Assembly (NCBI GenBank): GCA_964490075.1
Contig: CAZBBK010000026.1
Location: 1 to 64,000 of the forward strand
Direction: 5' to 3'
Origin: an uncultured Gemmatimonadota bacterium
GTDB taxonomy: Bacteria > GCA-2686955
DNA length: 64,000 nucleotides
Positions 33,537-43,663 of the stretch are shown here, one piece after another (the stretch's first letter is position 1; the number at the start of each line of letters is the position of its first letter). Under the pieces are notes generated by a model. The model was not told the DNA's origin and made no database searches. It saw only the letters and a program-made list of their open reading frames with translations. A program made the position numbers and the translations under genes.

Positions 33537-33767
33537 CCTCGCAGCGCGCTATCGTCGGCCCATGCGCCGGCCTTCCGCTAGAGCCCCAGCCACGAGCGTC
33601 GAGACATTGCGCGGCATCACAGCGATGGCCCTCTGCTGCGCCTGGATGATCGCCGCGACGGGGGGCAGCGCCTCGCGCCGGCGCCGGCATCCGCGCTCGC
33701 CGAGCTCGATTCGACCTACACCTCCGCGCGAGAGGGACGCAGGGAGCGGCTGGCCGCGGCGCGCGCG

Positions 33768-35879
33768 ATGGCTGCCCTGCCCGGCGGCATCGAGCGGCTG
33801 ATCGATCGCACTCGGGGCGAGGATCCCTTGATGTGGGAGGGGCTCGAGGCGGGACTGGCGGAGACCGGCGTGGAGCGGGCGTCGAGCGCGCTCGCGGCGC
33901 GCATCCTCGACTGCCTGCGGGGCGGCCGGGAGTGTCCGGAGGCGGACGGAGCACGACCCCGGATCGAGAATCTGACGCAGCTTCTGTGGCGTCGCCGCCG
34001 CGGAGAGTGTGGAGCGCCGAGCGCTGCCCTGGCGGAGCTGGCCGACCTGCGCACGCTGCTCGACGCACAGGTCGATCGGAGCGTGGGGCAGTTCTTGAAG
34101 GGCGCCGCGGCGGACATCGGCGGCGCCGAGTTCGAGCAGCGCTTCGAGGCCCATGTCGACGCGCTCGAGGAGTGGTTGCTGGAGTCCCACCGCGCCCTCG
34201 TCGAACGGGGGGATGGCACGTCGCATTGGGCGGAGCTGGGCGACGCGATCCACGCCGATCTGCGCGGGGCGGTGGCTCTGCTGATCGGTTCCCGTGTGCC
34301 CGGTGGATGCCTCGAGGAGTTCGTGGCGTACCACTGCGAGGCGGGGGGCTACCTGGCCGCACCCCATGCTCCCCCGGAGCCAGCGCTGGGGGCGGCGATG
34401 GCCAGGCACCGGGCCAAGGAGCGCGCGACGCACCTGATCGGAGAGGGGGCCGGCGCGCCGCGCGAGTCGCGGCGTGGCCTGGCGGCGGTGGTCGTCGGGG
34501 CGGGAGCGCTCGCGGCGGCCGCGGGCGTTCGGCTGCTCGGGCGGCGCCGATCGCTGGCGCTTGCCTTCGGCGTCGCGCTCGCGGTCCTGGCCGGCTCGAT
34601 CGCCGAGCTGGCCTTGCGCGCCACCGGCTGGAGCGCTCCAGTGCTGCAGGGCGACATCGGCCCTCTGGTCGGAGAGACGGAACGGGTGTTCTCGGTGACA
34701 TCCATCGAGAAGGGCGCGCGACGCTACGTGCGGCGTCCGGTCACAGACGGCGGGCCGATGACCGAACGCCAGGTGGAGGTCGTCGTGCGGGAAGGGTGGA
34801 AGGGCCGCAGGATCTTCGCGCTCGGCGGCTCGTCGGTCTACGGCATGGGTCTCCACAGTCCGGAGCAGACCTTCGCGAGCGGCGTGCAACGCGCTCTCTC
34901 CGAGCGCCACCCGGAGGTGCCGATCGAGGCGGTGAATCTCGGGGTGCCGAGCTGGGGCATGCGCCGCATCTTGCCGCTGCTCGACGAGGTGCTGGAGATG
35001 GGTGCCGACCTGGTCGTTCTCTACAGCGGCCACAACGAGTACACCGAGCTGGAGGGGATGGCGATCCTCAACGCGCTGCCGGTCGAGGTGCTGGTCTGGC
35101 AGACGCGGCTCAGGCGGCTGCGCCTCTACGTGCTGCTGAGCCGGGCGCTGGGAGGGTTGCAGCAGCTCTGGACCGACGCCGCCGACACCCCAGCCGGCTG
35201 GCTGCTGCGCGCCTCCCCCACGCGCTTCGATTCCATCGGGGATCCCGACGAGCGGCGCCGCCACGCCCATGCCGGGCGCCAGGCGGTGGAGAGCTTCTTC
35301 GAGCTGGCGATCGACGAGACCGCGCGCCGCGCGCGCGCCGCGGGGGCTTCGCTGGTGCTCTGCGTGCCGGCATCGAGCCGCCTCTGCGCGCCGGCGCATG
35401 CCCTTCATTGGCGGCCGATCGACGAGGATGACAGCCGACGCTGGGAAGAGGAGGCGCGTCTGGGGATCGAGCTGGCCGACGCCGGCCGCTGCGCCGAGGC
35501 CCTGCCCCACCTGGCGCGAGCCACGGAGATCGATCCGACCCATTCTCTCGTCCTCTACTGGACCGGCCGCTGTCTGTTGGAGAGCGGCGATCTGGCACGC
35601 GGCCGGGAGCTGCTCGAGGCCGCGCGCGACCACGATCCGCGCTCTCCGCGGGCCATCGGCCCGGTCGCCCGAGCGGTGCGGGATGTGGCACGCCGGCACC
35701 GGGTTCCGCTGATCGACGTGCCCGCCCTCTTCGACACGGCCCGCTCCGACCCCGCCGATCCCAACGAGCTCTTTGCCGACGCCGTCCATCCCAACGCCGC
35801 CGGCCACGCGCTGATCGCCGAGGCGCTGGTGGAGCTGATCGAGGAGCGGGATCTGTTGCGGCTGCGGCCCAGGCCGTAG
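33768..35879 (+). CDS. Membrane-anchored SGNH/GDSL-like protein with a TPR insert
   Basis: RIFALGGSSVYG, NLGVPSW, YSGHNE, TPR helices and DAVHPNAAGH. The true start may be upstream (~33562), with a frameshift in the G6 run at 33660-33665. Confidence 0.75.
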   Translation: MAALPGGIERLIDRTRGEDPLMWEGLEAGLAETGVERASSALAARILDCLRGGRECPEADGARPRIENLTQLLWRRRRGECGAPSAALAELADLRTLLDAQVDRSVGQFLKGAAADIGGAEFEQRFEAHVDALEEWLLESHRALVERGDGTSHWAELGDAIHADLRGAVALLIGSRVPGGCLEEFVAYHCEAGGYLAAPHAPPEPALGAAMARHRAKERATHLIGEGAGAPRESRRGLAAVVVGAGALAAAAGVRLLGRRRSLALAFGVALAVLAGSIAELALRATGWSAPVLQGDIGPLVGETERVFSVTSIEKGARRYVRRPVTDGGPMTERQVEVVVREGWKGRRIFALGGSSVYGMGLHSPEQTFASGVQRALSERHPEVPIEAVNLGVPSWGMRRILPLLDEVLEMGADLVVLYSGHNEYTELEGMAILNALPVEVLVWQTRLRRLRLYVLLSRALGGLQQLWTDAADTPAGWLLRASPTRFDSIGDPDERRRHAHAGRQAVESFFELAIDETARRARAAGASLVLCVPASSRLCAPAHALHWRPIDEDDSRRWEEEARLGIELADAGRCAEALPHLARATEIDPTHSLVLYWTGRCLLESGDLARGRELLEAARDHDPRSPRAIGPVARAVRDVARRHRVPLIDVPALFDTARSDPADPNELFADAVHPNAAGHALIAEALVELIEERDLLRLRPRP

Positions 35880-35937
35880 TCTCCACGAAGGCGCCTCTGG
35901 AAAAGGCCAGACGCGCAATCCAACCGGACACGGCCAG

Positions 35938-37593
35938 ATGAGTCATCAAGAGCTCCGCGGAATCGAGGGACTGGGCGTCGAAGGCCCGGTCGTGGTCGCC
36001 ATCATGGACGGCGTTGGCATCGGGCGGGGGGACGAGACCGATGCGGTCGCTCGGGCCCGCACGCCGAATCTCGATCGACTGGCGCGCACCGCCTTGACCA
36101 CCCGCCTCTCGGCCCACGGACGCTCGGTCGGCATGCCCAGCGACGCCGATATGGGCAACAGCGAGGTGGGGCACAACGCGCTCGGCGCGGGGCGGGTCTT
36201 CGACCAGGGGGCCAAGCTGGTCTCCGAGGCGATCGAGTCGGGCCGTCTTTTCGAGGGCGAGCTGTGGCGCGAGATGGTGGCGCGTTGCGCGCACAATTCC
36301 ACGCCGCTGCACATCATCGGCCTGCTCTCCGACGGCAACGTGCACAGCCATATCGATCACCTGCTGGCGCTGGTGCGGCGCGCCGATCGCGACGGGGTCG
36401 GCGAGCTGTACGTACACGCTTTGTTGGACGGGCGCGACGTGCCCAAGGTCAGCGCCGAGATCTACGTCGAGCAGCTGGAGCAGGTGCTCGGCCCGATCGA
36501 CGCGCGACAGGATCGTCGCTACCGAATCGCCTCGGGCGGGGGGCGGATGATCACCACCATGGATCGCTACCAGGCCGACTGGCGCATCGTGGAGCGAGGC
36601 TGGCGGGCCCACGTGCTCGGCGACGCCCGCCCCTTCGTTTCGACCATGGAGGCGCTGGAGACCTTTCGCGCCGAGCAGCCGGGAATCGTCGACCAGGAGC
36701 TGCCGCCTTTCGTGGTGACGGACGAGGGCGGTCCGGTGGGGACCATCGAGGATGGCGCATGCGTCGTGACGCTGAACTTCCGCGGCGACCGCATGCTGGA
36801 GATCGTGCGCGCCTTCGAGGACCCCGCCTTCGCCGAGTTCGACCGGGTGCGGGTGCCGCGCGTGCTCTTCGGCGGCATGATGCAGTACGACGGCGACACC
36901 CAGGCCCCGAAACGCTTCCTGGTGCCGCCTCCCGAGATCGATCGCACCCTGGGCGAATTACTCTGTCGCTGCCGGATCTCGCAGCTCGCCTGCAGCGAGA
37001 CCCAGAAGTACGGGCACGTGACATATTTTTGGAACGGCAACCGCAGCGGCACCTTCGACGACCGCCTGGAGCGCTACATCGAGGTTCCCTCTTACGATCC
37101 GCCCTTCGACGCCCGCCCCGAGATGCGCGCGCCCGAGATCACCCGGGCGGTGCTGCGCGAGCTGGCGAGTGGCAAGCATCGCTTTTTGCGGCTCAACTAC
37201 GCCAACGGCGACATGGTCGGACACACCGGCAACTTCGCCGCCACGGTGCGTGCGGTGGAGGCGGTCGATCAGGCCCTGGGCGAGCTGGCTCCGGCCGTGC
37301 TGAGGGCGCGCGGGGCGCTGATCGTCACCGCCGACCACGGCAACTCCGACGACATGGCGGAAACCGACAAGAAGAGCGGAGAGCCGCTGCGCGACGCCGG
37401 CGGCGCCCTGATCCCCAAGACCGCCCACTCCCTCAATCCGGTGCCTTTCCACCTGGTGCTGAGCCCGAAGGACCAGGGGCGCTTTGCGCTGGCCCAGGTC
37501 GATCGGCCCGGTCTGGGCAACGTGGCGGCTACGGTGGCGCGGCTGCTCGGCTTCGAGCAACCGGAGGGGTATCTGGCTTCGTTGGTGGTTTAG
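35938..37593 (+). CDS. gpmI: 2,3-bisphosphoglycerate-independent phosphoglycerate mutase
   Basis: MGNSEVGH, SDGNVHSH, DGRD, NFRGDR, ETQKYGHVT, NGDMVGHTG and TADHGN. Confidence 0.95.
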   Translation: MSHQELRGIEGLGVEGPVVVAIMDGVGIGRGDETDAVARARTPNLDRLARTALTTRLSAHGRSVGMPSDADMGNSEVGHNALGAGRVFDQGAKLVSEAIESGRLFEGELWREMVARCAHNSTPLHIIGLLSDGNVHSHIDHLLALVRRADRDGVGELYVHALLDGRDVPKVSAEIYVEQLEQVLGPIDARQDRRYRIASGGGRMITTMDRYQADWRIVERGWRAHVLGDARPFVSTMEALETFRAEQPGIVDQELPPFVVTDEGGPVGTIEDGACVVTLNFRGDRMLEIVRAFEDPAFAEFDRVRVPRVLFGGMMQYDGDTQAPKRFLVPPPEIDRTLGELLCRCRISQLACSETQKYGHVTYFWNGNRSGTFDDRLERYIEVPSYDPPFDARPEMRAPEITRAVLRELASGKHRFLRLNYANGDMVGHTGNFAATVRAVEAVDQALGELAPAVLRARGALIVTADHGNSDDMAETDKKSGEPLRDAGGALIPKTAHSLNPVPFHLVLSPKDQGRFALAQVDRPGLGNVAATVARLLGFEQPEGYLASLVV

Positions 37594-38193
37594 GGCCCAC
37601 GCTGGTCACCGAGCTCTCGGCTTTCTGCGCTGAATACACCTCGACTGTTGGCCGTGTTGCGGAGCGTCTGAAGCTCCAACTGGTCGAGCTGAACATGGAG
37701 AAGCCATGGCGCTTCGTTCCTTTGCTGACTTCCCTGAACCCGGCGCGGCGTCCCCCCGAGTCGATAGCCGACCGATCGGTGGCTGGCACTCGCCCCCCGC
37801 CACCAATAGCACGCGAGGCTCGACAGCCTCTGAAGCTGAATGAACGACCAACGCGGTCAACAGGGCGAGCTCTGTCATGACTCCTGCTCCGGAGACCGGC
37901 CAGAATTTCCGGAACTCGCACGCACTACCTCGTCCAGCAGACGATGCGCCTGCTCGGCGAATGGGACGGAGCGCCGAATTCCCTCCCGCGCCGCTCCTGA
38001 TGCCAGGATTCGCAGGGCTCGGTCACGAACCGGGTGGCGGATTGTGGTAGCCTCTAGCGCTCATTTCAGCCCGCGTTCGCACCCGAAATCGGCCTCCGTG
38101 ACGGGAGAGCCCCGCGTGCAGCCGGCGGGAGGCGCAGCCCGCGCCTCCACGGCCGGCGTCCGGTGCATCGGCAGGGCGCCAGAGGAGACCAAG

Positions 38194-39246
38194 ATGAACG
38201 TAGGCATTGTTGGCTACGGCGCCAACCTCCCGAAGCATCGGATCAAGGTCGAGGAGATCGCCAGGGTCTGGGGCGCGGACGCGCCGAGCTACAAGAAGGG
38301 CCTGGGATTGCGGGAGAAGTCGGTGCCGGCGCCCGATCAAGACGTGATCACGATGTCGGTCGAGGCGGCGCGCAACGCGCTGGCGCGTGCCGGTGGGATC
38401 GATCCGACCGAGATCGGCGCCCTCTACATCGGCTCGGAGTCCCACCCCTACGCCGTGAAGCCCTCGGGCACCGTCGTCGGCGAGGCGATCGGCGCCACCC
38501 CGGCGATCCACGTCGCCGACTTCGAGTTCGCCTGCAAGGCGGGATCGGAGGGGATGTTCGTCGCTCACGGCCTGGTCAAGGCGGGGCTGATCAAGTACGG
38601 CATGGGGATCGGAGCCGACACCTCGCAAGGTGCGCCGGGCGACGCCCTCGAGTACTCCGCCGCGGCCGGCGCCGCCGCCTTCATCTTCGGCGCCGACAAC
38701 CTGCTGGCCAAGATCGAGCACACCTTCTCCTTCACCACCGACACGCCCGACTTCTGGCGCCGCGAGTACATGCACTACCCGCAGCACGCCGGGCGTTATA
38801 CCGGCGAGCCGGCCTACTTCAAGCACACCATGGGCGCCACCGAGGGGATCCTCGAGCTCTCCGGCATGAAGCCGAAGGACTTCCAGTTCGCGGTCTTCCA
38901 CCAGCCCAACGGCAAGTTCCCGATGCGAGTCGGCAAGATGCTCGGCTTCGCCCACGAGCAGATGGAAGTCGGGTGGTTGGCGCCGACCCTGGGCAACACC
39001 TACTCGGGCGCCTCACCGCTCGGGCTCTCGGCCATCCTCGACGTCGCCAAACCTGGCGACAAGATTCTGATGTGCTCCTACGGCTCGGGCTCCGGCTCGG
39101 ACTCGTTCATCTTCACCGTGACCGAGCGCATCACCGAGGTGCAGGACCTGGCACCGAAGACCCGCTTCATGCTCGAGAACGATCCGATCTATCTCAACTA
39201 CGGCGAGTACGCCAAGTTCCGCCGCAAGATCCGCAAGGCCGAGTAG
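38194..39246 (+). CDS. Archaeal-type hydroxymethylglutaryl-CoA synthase
   Basis: [40 protein letters not shown] and [18 protein letters not shown]. Confidence 0.93.
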   Translation: MNVGIVGYGANLPKHRIKVEEIARVWGADAPSYKKGLGLREKSVPAPDQDVITMSVEAARNALARAGGIDPTEIGALYIGSESHPYAVKPSGTVVGEAIGATPAIHVADFEFACKAGSEGMFVAHGLVKAGLIKYGMGIGADTSQGAPGDALEYSAAAGAAAFIFGADNLLAKIEHTFSFTTDTPDFWRREYMHYPQHAGRYTGEPAYFKHTMGATEGILELSGMKPKDFQFAVFHQPNGKFPMRVGKMLGFAHEQMEVGWLAPTLGNTYSGASPLGLSAILDVAKPGDKILMCSYGSGSGSDSFIFTVTERITEVQDLAPKTRFMLENDPIYLNYGEYAKFRRKIRKAE

Positions 39247-39265
39247 GTCGGAACAGGAGGTTGTC

Positions 39266-40423
39266 ATGAGAGACGTCGCAATCGTCGGCGTGGGAATCAA
39301 GAAATGGGGCGAGCTCTGGGAGCAGTCGCTGCGCGATATCTTCGTCGACTCCGCGCTGGCGGCGATCGATGACGCCGGAGTCGAGCGCATCGACTCGCTG
39401 TACGTCGGTTGTATGTCCGGAGGCCTCTTCGTGGGCCAGGAGCACCTGGGCGCGCTGCTGGCCGACTACCTGGGTCAGGGGCCGATCCCCGGCACGCGGG
39501 TCGAGTCGGCCTGTGCCTCGGGCGGGGTCGCGCTGCGCAGCGGACTGCTCGAGGTGGCGTCCGGCGCATCCGACATCGTGCTGGTCGGCGGGGTCGAGAA
39601 GATGACCGACGTGGGTGGCGACGAGGCCACCTACGCCCTGGCGACCGCTTCGGACCAGGAATGGGAAGCGTTCAACGGCATCACCTTCCCCGGTCTATAC
39701 GCGATGATGGCGGTGGCTCACATGCACAGCTACGGCACCACCGCCGAGCAGATGGCGGCGGTGGCGGTCAAGAACCACCAGAACGGCTCGCTGAATCCTC
39801 TGGCGCAGTATCCGAACCCGACCACGGTCGAGGCGGTGCTGAATTCGGTGATGGTGGCCGATCCCCTGCACATCCTCGACTGCTCGCCGATCACCGACGG
39901 CGCCGCGGCGCTGATTCTGTGCCCGGCCGACCGGGCGGCGCAGCTCGCCAAGGGACAGCCGGTGCGCATCGTCGGCTCGGGCTTCTCGACCGACTCGATC
40001 GCGCTCCACTCACGCGCCGACCTGGGCGCGCTCGACTCGGTGGCGCGCGCCGCGCAGAAGGCCTACGAGATGTCCGGCAAGGGACCGGGCGACATCGACC
40101 TCTGCGAGGTCCACGACTGCTTCACGATCGCCGAGATCATCGCAAGCGAGGCGCTCGGCTTCTTCGAGAAGGGCCAGGGCGGCCAGGCGGTCGAGGCCGG
40201 CGAGACGGCGATCGGCGGCCGGATTCCGATCAACACCAGCGGCGGACTGAAGTCGAAGGGCCACCCGGTGGGCGCCACCGGCGTGGCGCAAGCGATCGAA
40301 GTGGTGGAGCAGCTGCGTGGCAACGCCGGCGCGCGCCAGGTCGCGGGCGCCAAGGTCGGAATGACACAGAACATGGGCGGCACCGGCGCATCGGCGGTGG
40401 TCCACGTGATGGAGGTGATGTAA
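39266..40423 (+). CDS. Archaeal-type acetoacetyl-CoA thiolase
   Basis: [44 protein letters not shown] and NMGG. Confidence 0.93.
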   Translation: MRDVAIVGVGIKKWGELWEQSLRDIFVDSALAAIDDAGVERIDSLYVGCMSGGLFVGQEHLGALLADYLGQGPIPGTRVESACASGGVALRSGLLEVASGASDIVLVGGVEKMTDVGGDEATYALATASDQEWEAFNGITFPGLYAMMAVAHMHSYGTTAEQMAAVAVKNHQNGSLNPLAQYPNPTTVEAVLNSVMVADPLHILDCSPITDGAAALILCPADRAAQLAKGQPVRIVGSGFSTDSIALHSRADLGALDSVARAAQKAYEMSGKGPGDIDLCEVHDCFTIAEIIASEALGFFEKGQGGQAVEAGETAIGGRIPINTSGGLKSKGHPVGATGVAQAIEVVEQLRGNAGARQVAGAKVGMTQNMGGTGASAVVHVMEVM

Positions 40424-40812
40424 TGCCATCGGCCAGAGCATGGAGGGAGTACCCCCAGCGCTACCGCTACGAGGCGGCCGAGTGCGCCCAATGCGGCAAG
40501 ACCTTTTTCCCGCCGCGGCTGGTCTGCGACGGCTGCGGCGGCCGCGAGTTCGCTTCCAAGGCGATGGGACGCACCGGCAAGGTTCTCACCTACACCGTGA
40601 TCCGCATCCCACCCGCGCCCTTCAAGGATCAGGCGCCCTACGCCGTGGCGGTGGTCGAGATGGACGAGGGCCCGCGCATCACCGCGCAGGTCACCGACTA
40701 CCGCGAGGGGCAGCTGCAAGTGGGGCTGCCGGTGCGCCTCGAGTTCCGCAAGATCTACGAGGAAGGCGAGGCGGGGATCATCAACTACGGCTACAAGGCG
40801 GTTCCGGCCTGA
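40423..40812 (+). CDS. DUF35 Zn-ribbon/OB-fold scaffold protein
   Basis: CAQCG..FPPR..CDGC, GKVLTYT and YGYK. The ATG overlaps the thiolase stop. Confidence 0.9.
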   Translation: MPSARAWREYPQRYRYEAAECAQCGKTFFPPRLVCDGCGGREFASKAMGRTGKVLTYTVIRIPPAPFKDQAPYAVAVVEMDEGPRITAQVTDYREGQLQVGLPVRLEFRKIYEEGEAGIINYGYKAVPA

Positions 40813-40827
40813 GCCTCGATCAGAGTC

Positions 40828-41694
40828 CTACGGAATATGCGCCAGGTCGGCCAGCTCGCGCTCGCTGAGCGGTGTGTAGCTTCCCCCCCAGGCCGCGCAC
40901 AGCGTCTCCAGGATGCCATTGGCGTGGTAGCCGTTCTGGACCGCCGAGGGGTGCAGATCATCGGCGAAGAGGTGGTCGTAGTCGCCGTAGGCCGGCGGGG
41001 GGACCAAGGCGTGGTCGAAGAGCACCGGCGGGTCCGCCACCAGGTCGTCGAGCAGCAGCTTGAAATCGTAGACGCCGACCCGTGAGAAGCGCTCGGCGTT
41101 GCGGATCGCCTCGTTGGCGCGTAGCGTGTGGGCGCGGATGTTGGCGGTCTCGGTGGCGTTGAACTCTTCCCAGTGGTCCGGGGTGAGAAGGATGTCCGGG
41201 ATCGTCCACAGGACGATGTCGGCGGCCCGGTACTTGCCCCCCAGGTAGCGGGAGTCGCGCTCGAGGTTGATCAGCAGCCGGTCGATCACGGCATCGGCCT
41301 CCGGATCCTCTCCGGGAGCGGCGGAGGCGAGCAGCGAGCGGTTGTTGAGCAGATCGTTGGCGCCGATCTCGATGTTGATCAGGGTCGGGCGCGGCTCCAG
41401 GCCGAGCAGCACCATGAAGTCGAAGAGGTCGATCTGGGTGCGCAGGTGCTTGCTCTCGGAGCCGCCGACGGCGTAGCTGGCCAGGTTGTCGCCGGGATCG
41501 GCGGCCTGGTCGAAGGCGGCCTGGAAGGGGTCGTCGGCATACATATCGCGCGGCAGGCCCTCGATCAGGTAGAGCAGGTCGTTGTGGGTCAAGCTGTCGC
41601 CGAAGCTGACCGAGGCCCCCAGGTCGACCTGGGCGGCGAGGGGGGCGGCGAGCAAGAGCGGGGTGAGGAGCGCGGGGAAGAGGATGTCTTTCAT
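40828..41694 (-). CDS. Secreted SGNH/GDSL hydrolase
   Basis: FGDSL, IGANDL and FADDLHPS. Signal peptide. Confidence 0.88.
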   Translation of the reverse strand: MKDILFPALLTPLLLAAPLAAQVDLGASVSFGDSLTHNDLLYLIEGLPRDMYADDPFQAAFDQAADPGDNLASYAVGGSESKHLRTQIDLFDFMVLLGLEPRPTLINIEIGANDLLNNRSLLASAAPGEDPEADAVIDRLLINLERDSRYLGGKYRAADIVLWTIPDILLTPDHWEEFNATETANIRAHTLRANEAIRNAERFSRVGVYDFKLLLDDLVADPPVLFDHALVPPPAYGDYDHLFADDLHPSAVQNGYHANGILETLCAAWGGSYTPLSERELADLAHIP

Positions 41695-41818
41695 GGGGCG
41701 ATTCACCAGTGCCGTGGGGGAAGGGGAAGGGTGTTTGCATCCACTCTAACCGGGCGATGGCGGCGCGGATGCTGGGATCTCGGCCTGCTGGAGTGCAGCG
41801 TCCCGCGGCACGGGCGGC

Positions 41819-42256
41819 TCACTCCTGGATCTTCATCGCCTTCGATACCGCGAGCGCGAAATCCCGGAAGTCGTCCCGGTCGTTGGTGCAGATGGAGTGC
41901 ACGACCGCCCAATCGATCGTCCGATAGCTGTGCACCGCGACGTTTCTGAATCCGACCGCCGCTTTCATGCGATCGGCGAGTGTGCGCGAGATCGTTCCTC
42001 GCGTTTGCAGCCGATCGAAAGCCTCACCCATTGTCGCCGGGGTCCTGCCCCCGAGCGTAGACTCGATGTGCACGGCGATGTCTACGCAGAGCTGCACGGC
42101 GCGCATCAGGTTCACGGAGATGATGTCCTGAGCGTCGTAGTCGCGCATGAGCTCCGTCACGGCTCGGTCCCGTGCGCCCTGCGGGCATCGTTCGTGGATA
42201 CGCCGCACGCAAAGGCGCAGACTCTCCAGCTTCTCTTCCAGCAGCTCCTTGTTCAC
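41819..42256 (-). CDS. HEPN (DUF86/HepT-like) toxin
   Basis: GFRNVAVHSY (RX4H-Y). The GTG start overlaps the MNT stop. Confidence 0.9.
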   Translation of the reverse strand: MNKELLEEKLESLRLCVRRIHERCPQGARDRAVTELMRDYDAQDIISVNLMRAVQLCVDIAVHIESTLGGRTPATMGEAFDRLQTRGTISRTLADRMKAAVGFRNVAVHSYRTIDWAVVHSICTNDRDDFRDFALAVSKAMKIQE

Positions 42257-42660
42257 TCCGCCTCCGAGAGCCACGCCCGCCGCTGTTCCTCCAGCGCCCG
42301 CCGCCTGATCGGTTGAAAGTCGGCCTCGTCGTAGATCCGCCGCAGTGCCAGCCGGACGTGATCGGCATCCGATCCGTGGATCCGGCGCCCCCGATCGAGG
42401 ATCTCCCCGAGCAGGATGCCATCGGCCCGGTCCAGGTCGATCAGATCCACCGGGCGGCCGAACACTTGCCCGAGGCGGGCGATCAGGGCACGACGCTCGT
42501 CGACCCTGAGCGTCGGCCGGGTCTCCAGCGCCAGATCGAGGTCGCTCTCGAATTGTGCGCGTCCCTCCGCCACCGAGCCGAAGAGATAGGCGACACGCAC
42601 CTTGCCCGACGCGGCCAGGATGGACCCGAGCAGTCCGTCGATCTGTCGATCGATGCCCAT
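42253..42660 (-). CDS. Minimal nucleotidyltransferase (MntA-like) antitoxin
   Basis: AYLFGSVAEG....SDLDLA and VDLIDL. Confidence 0.9.
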   Translation of the reverse strand: MGIDRQIDGLLGSILAASGKVRVAYLFGSVAEGRAQFESDLDLALETRPTLRVDERRALIARLGQVFGRPVDLIDLDRADGILLGEILDRGRRIHGSDADHVRLALRRIYDEADFQPIRRRALEEQRRAWLSEAE

Positions 42661-42739
42661 GCGAGCAAGATAGCGCCATTCCCGGTGCCTGACACCCGTC
42701 GCCGTCCCACAGGGGAAGAGCCCGCACGCTCCGAGGCGT

Positions 42740-43576
42740 TCACCCCGCGACATCTTCCAGGTAGGCCAACGCAAACCGCTCCACGCAGGCGCTGAAGACC
42801 CCGTCCCGCACGGCGGGGTCGTTCTCCATGATGCGGCGGGCGTGGGCGTCGTCGGCGGCGTGAAAGACGACGATTCCGGGGGTCGGAAGGCGCAGCGTTT
42901 CGCCGGCGGTGGGACCCCGGGGCGGATCGAGCGCGCGCCCGGCCAGCACCAGGCGGCCCTCGGCGAGCAGGGCGCGCAGGTAGGCGGCGTGAACGCGAAT
43001 CGTCTCTTGCTCGGCTTCGGTCGGGTCGCTGACCAGGCCGGCTCGGGTCGGATGCACGAAGTAGACGTAGTGCTGCTTGGGAGGAACCGGCGGCGGTGCC
43101 GCGCTCTCTTCGGCGTCCCAGAGCGAACCGCTCCGGAAGCTCCGCTCGAGCTGGTCGAGCACCTGGTCCCAGGCGCGCTCGAAGTAGTCCCGCACCTCTT
43201 GCCACTGCGCGCCGCTTCCCCAACCCGTGTGCGTCAGCCGCAGCTCGGTGCCGCCCCCATCCCGGTCGCCCAGTCGGATCACCACGAAGCTGCGCTGCCA
43301 GCGGATCTCGGGGAAGTGCGGCGGCGCGTTCCACGTGAACGAAAGCATCTCCCCCTCGACGTAGCTCAACACGCGGCAGCCCTCCGACCCACGGCCGCCC
43401 GGGTCGGCGTCGAGCAGGAAGAATATCTCGTAGGGACCCCCGCGGCGCAGCTCGATATGGGCCGCCGGCGAGAAGAAAGCCGCAGCTCCATCGGAGGTCG
43501 TGAGCCGGGTCCAGACATCCGGCCGGGGAACGGGGATTTGACGGGTCTTGGTGATGTCGGCGGGGATTGGCGACAT
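42740..43576 (-). CDS. SRPBCC (AHSA1-like) - YciI fusion protein
   Basis: N-terminal GGPYEIFF..GSEGCRVL..LSFTWNAPP. C-terminal HAAYL..LVLAG..ENDPAV. Confidence 0.8.
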   Translation of the reverse strand: MSPIPADITKTRQIPVPRPDVWTRLTTSDGAAAFFSPAAHIELRRGGPYEIFFLLDADPGGRGSEGCRVLSYVEGEMLSFTWNAPPHFPEIRWQRSFVVIRLGDRDGGGTELRLTHTGWGSGAQWQEVRDYFERAWDQVLDQLERSFRSGSLWDAEESAAPPPVPPKQHYVYFVHPTRAGLVSDPTEAEQETIRVHAAYLRALLAEGRLVLAGRALDPPRGPTAGETLRLPTPGIVVFHAADDAHARRIMENDPAVRDGVFSACVERFALAYLEDVAG

Positions 43577-43663
43577 GGCGTGGCTGCCCTTCGGAGTCCA
43601 GACGGGGGTGGAATGTCGCTATACTGACCCGTTCCGCCGAGAACCTCCACCCTTCGAAAGACC

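Noticed and set aside
38194-40812. PhlABC (diacetylphloroglucinol) biosynthesis
   Set aside because: No type III PKS (phlD) nearby, and the synthase keeps the HMG-CoA synthase catalytic Glu, Cys and His.
41819-42660. MNT-HEPN pair as a novel system
   Set aside because: It is a standard, well-described MntA/HepT-type toxin-antitoxin module.
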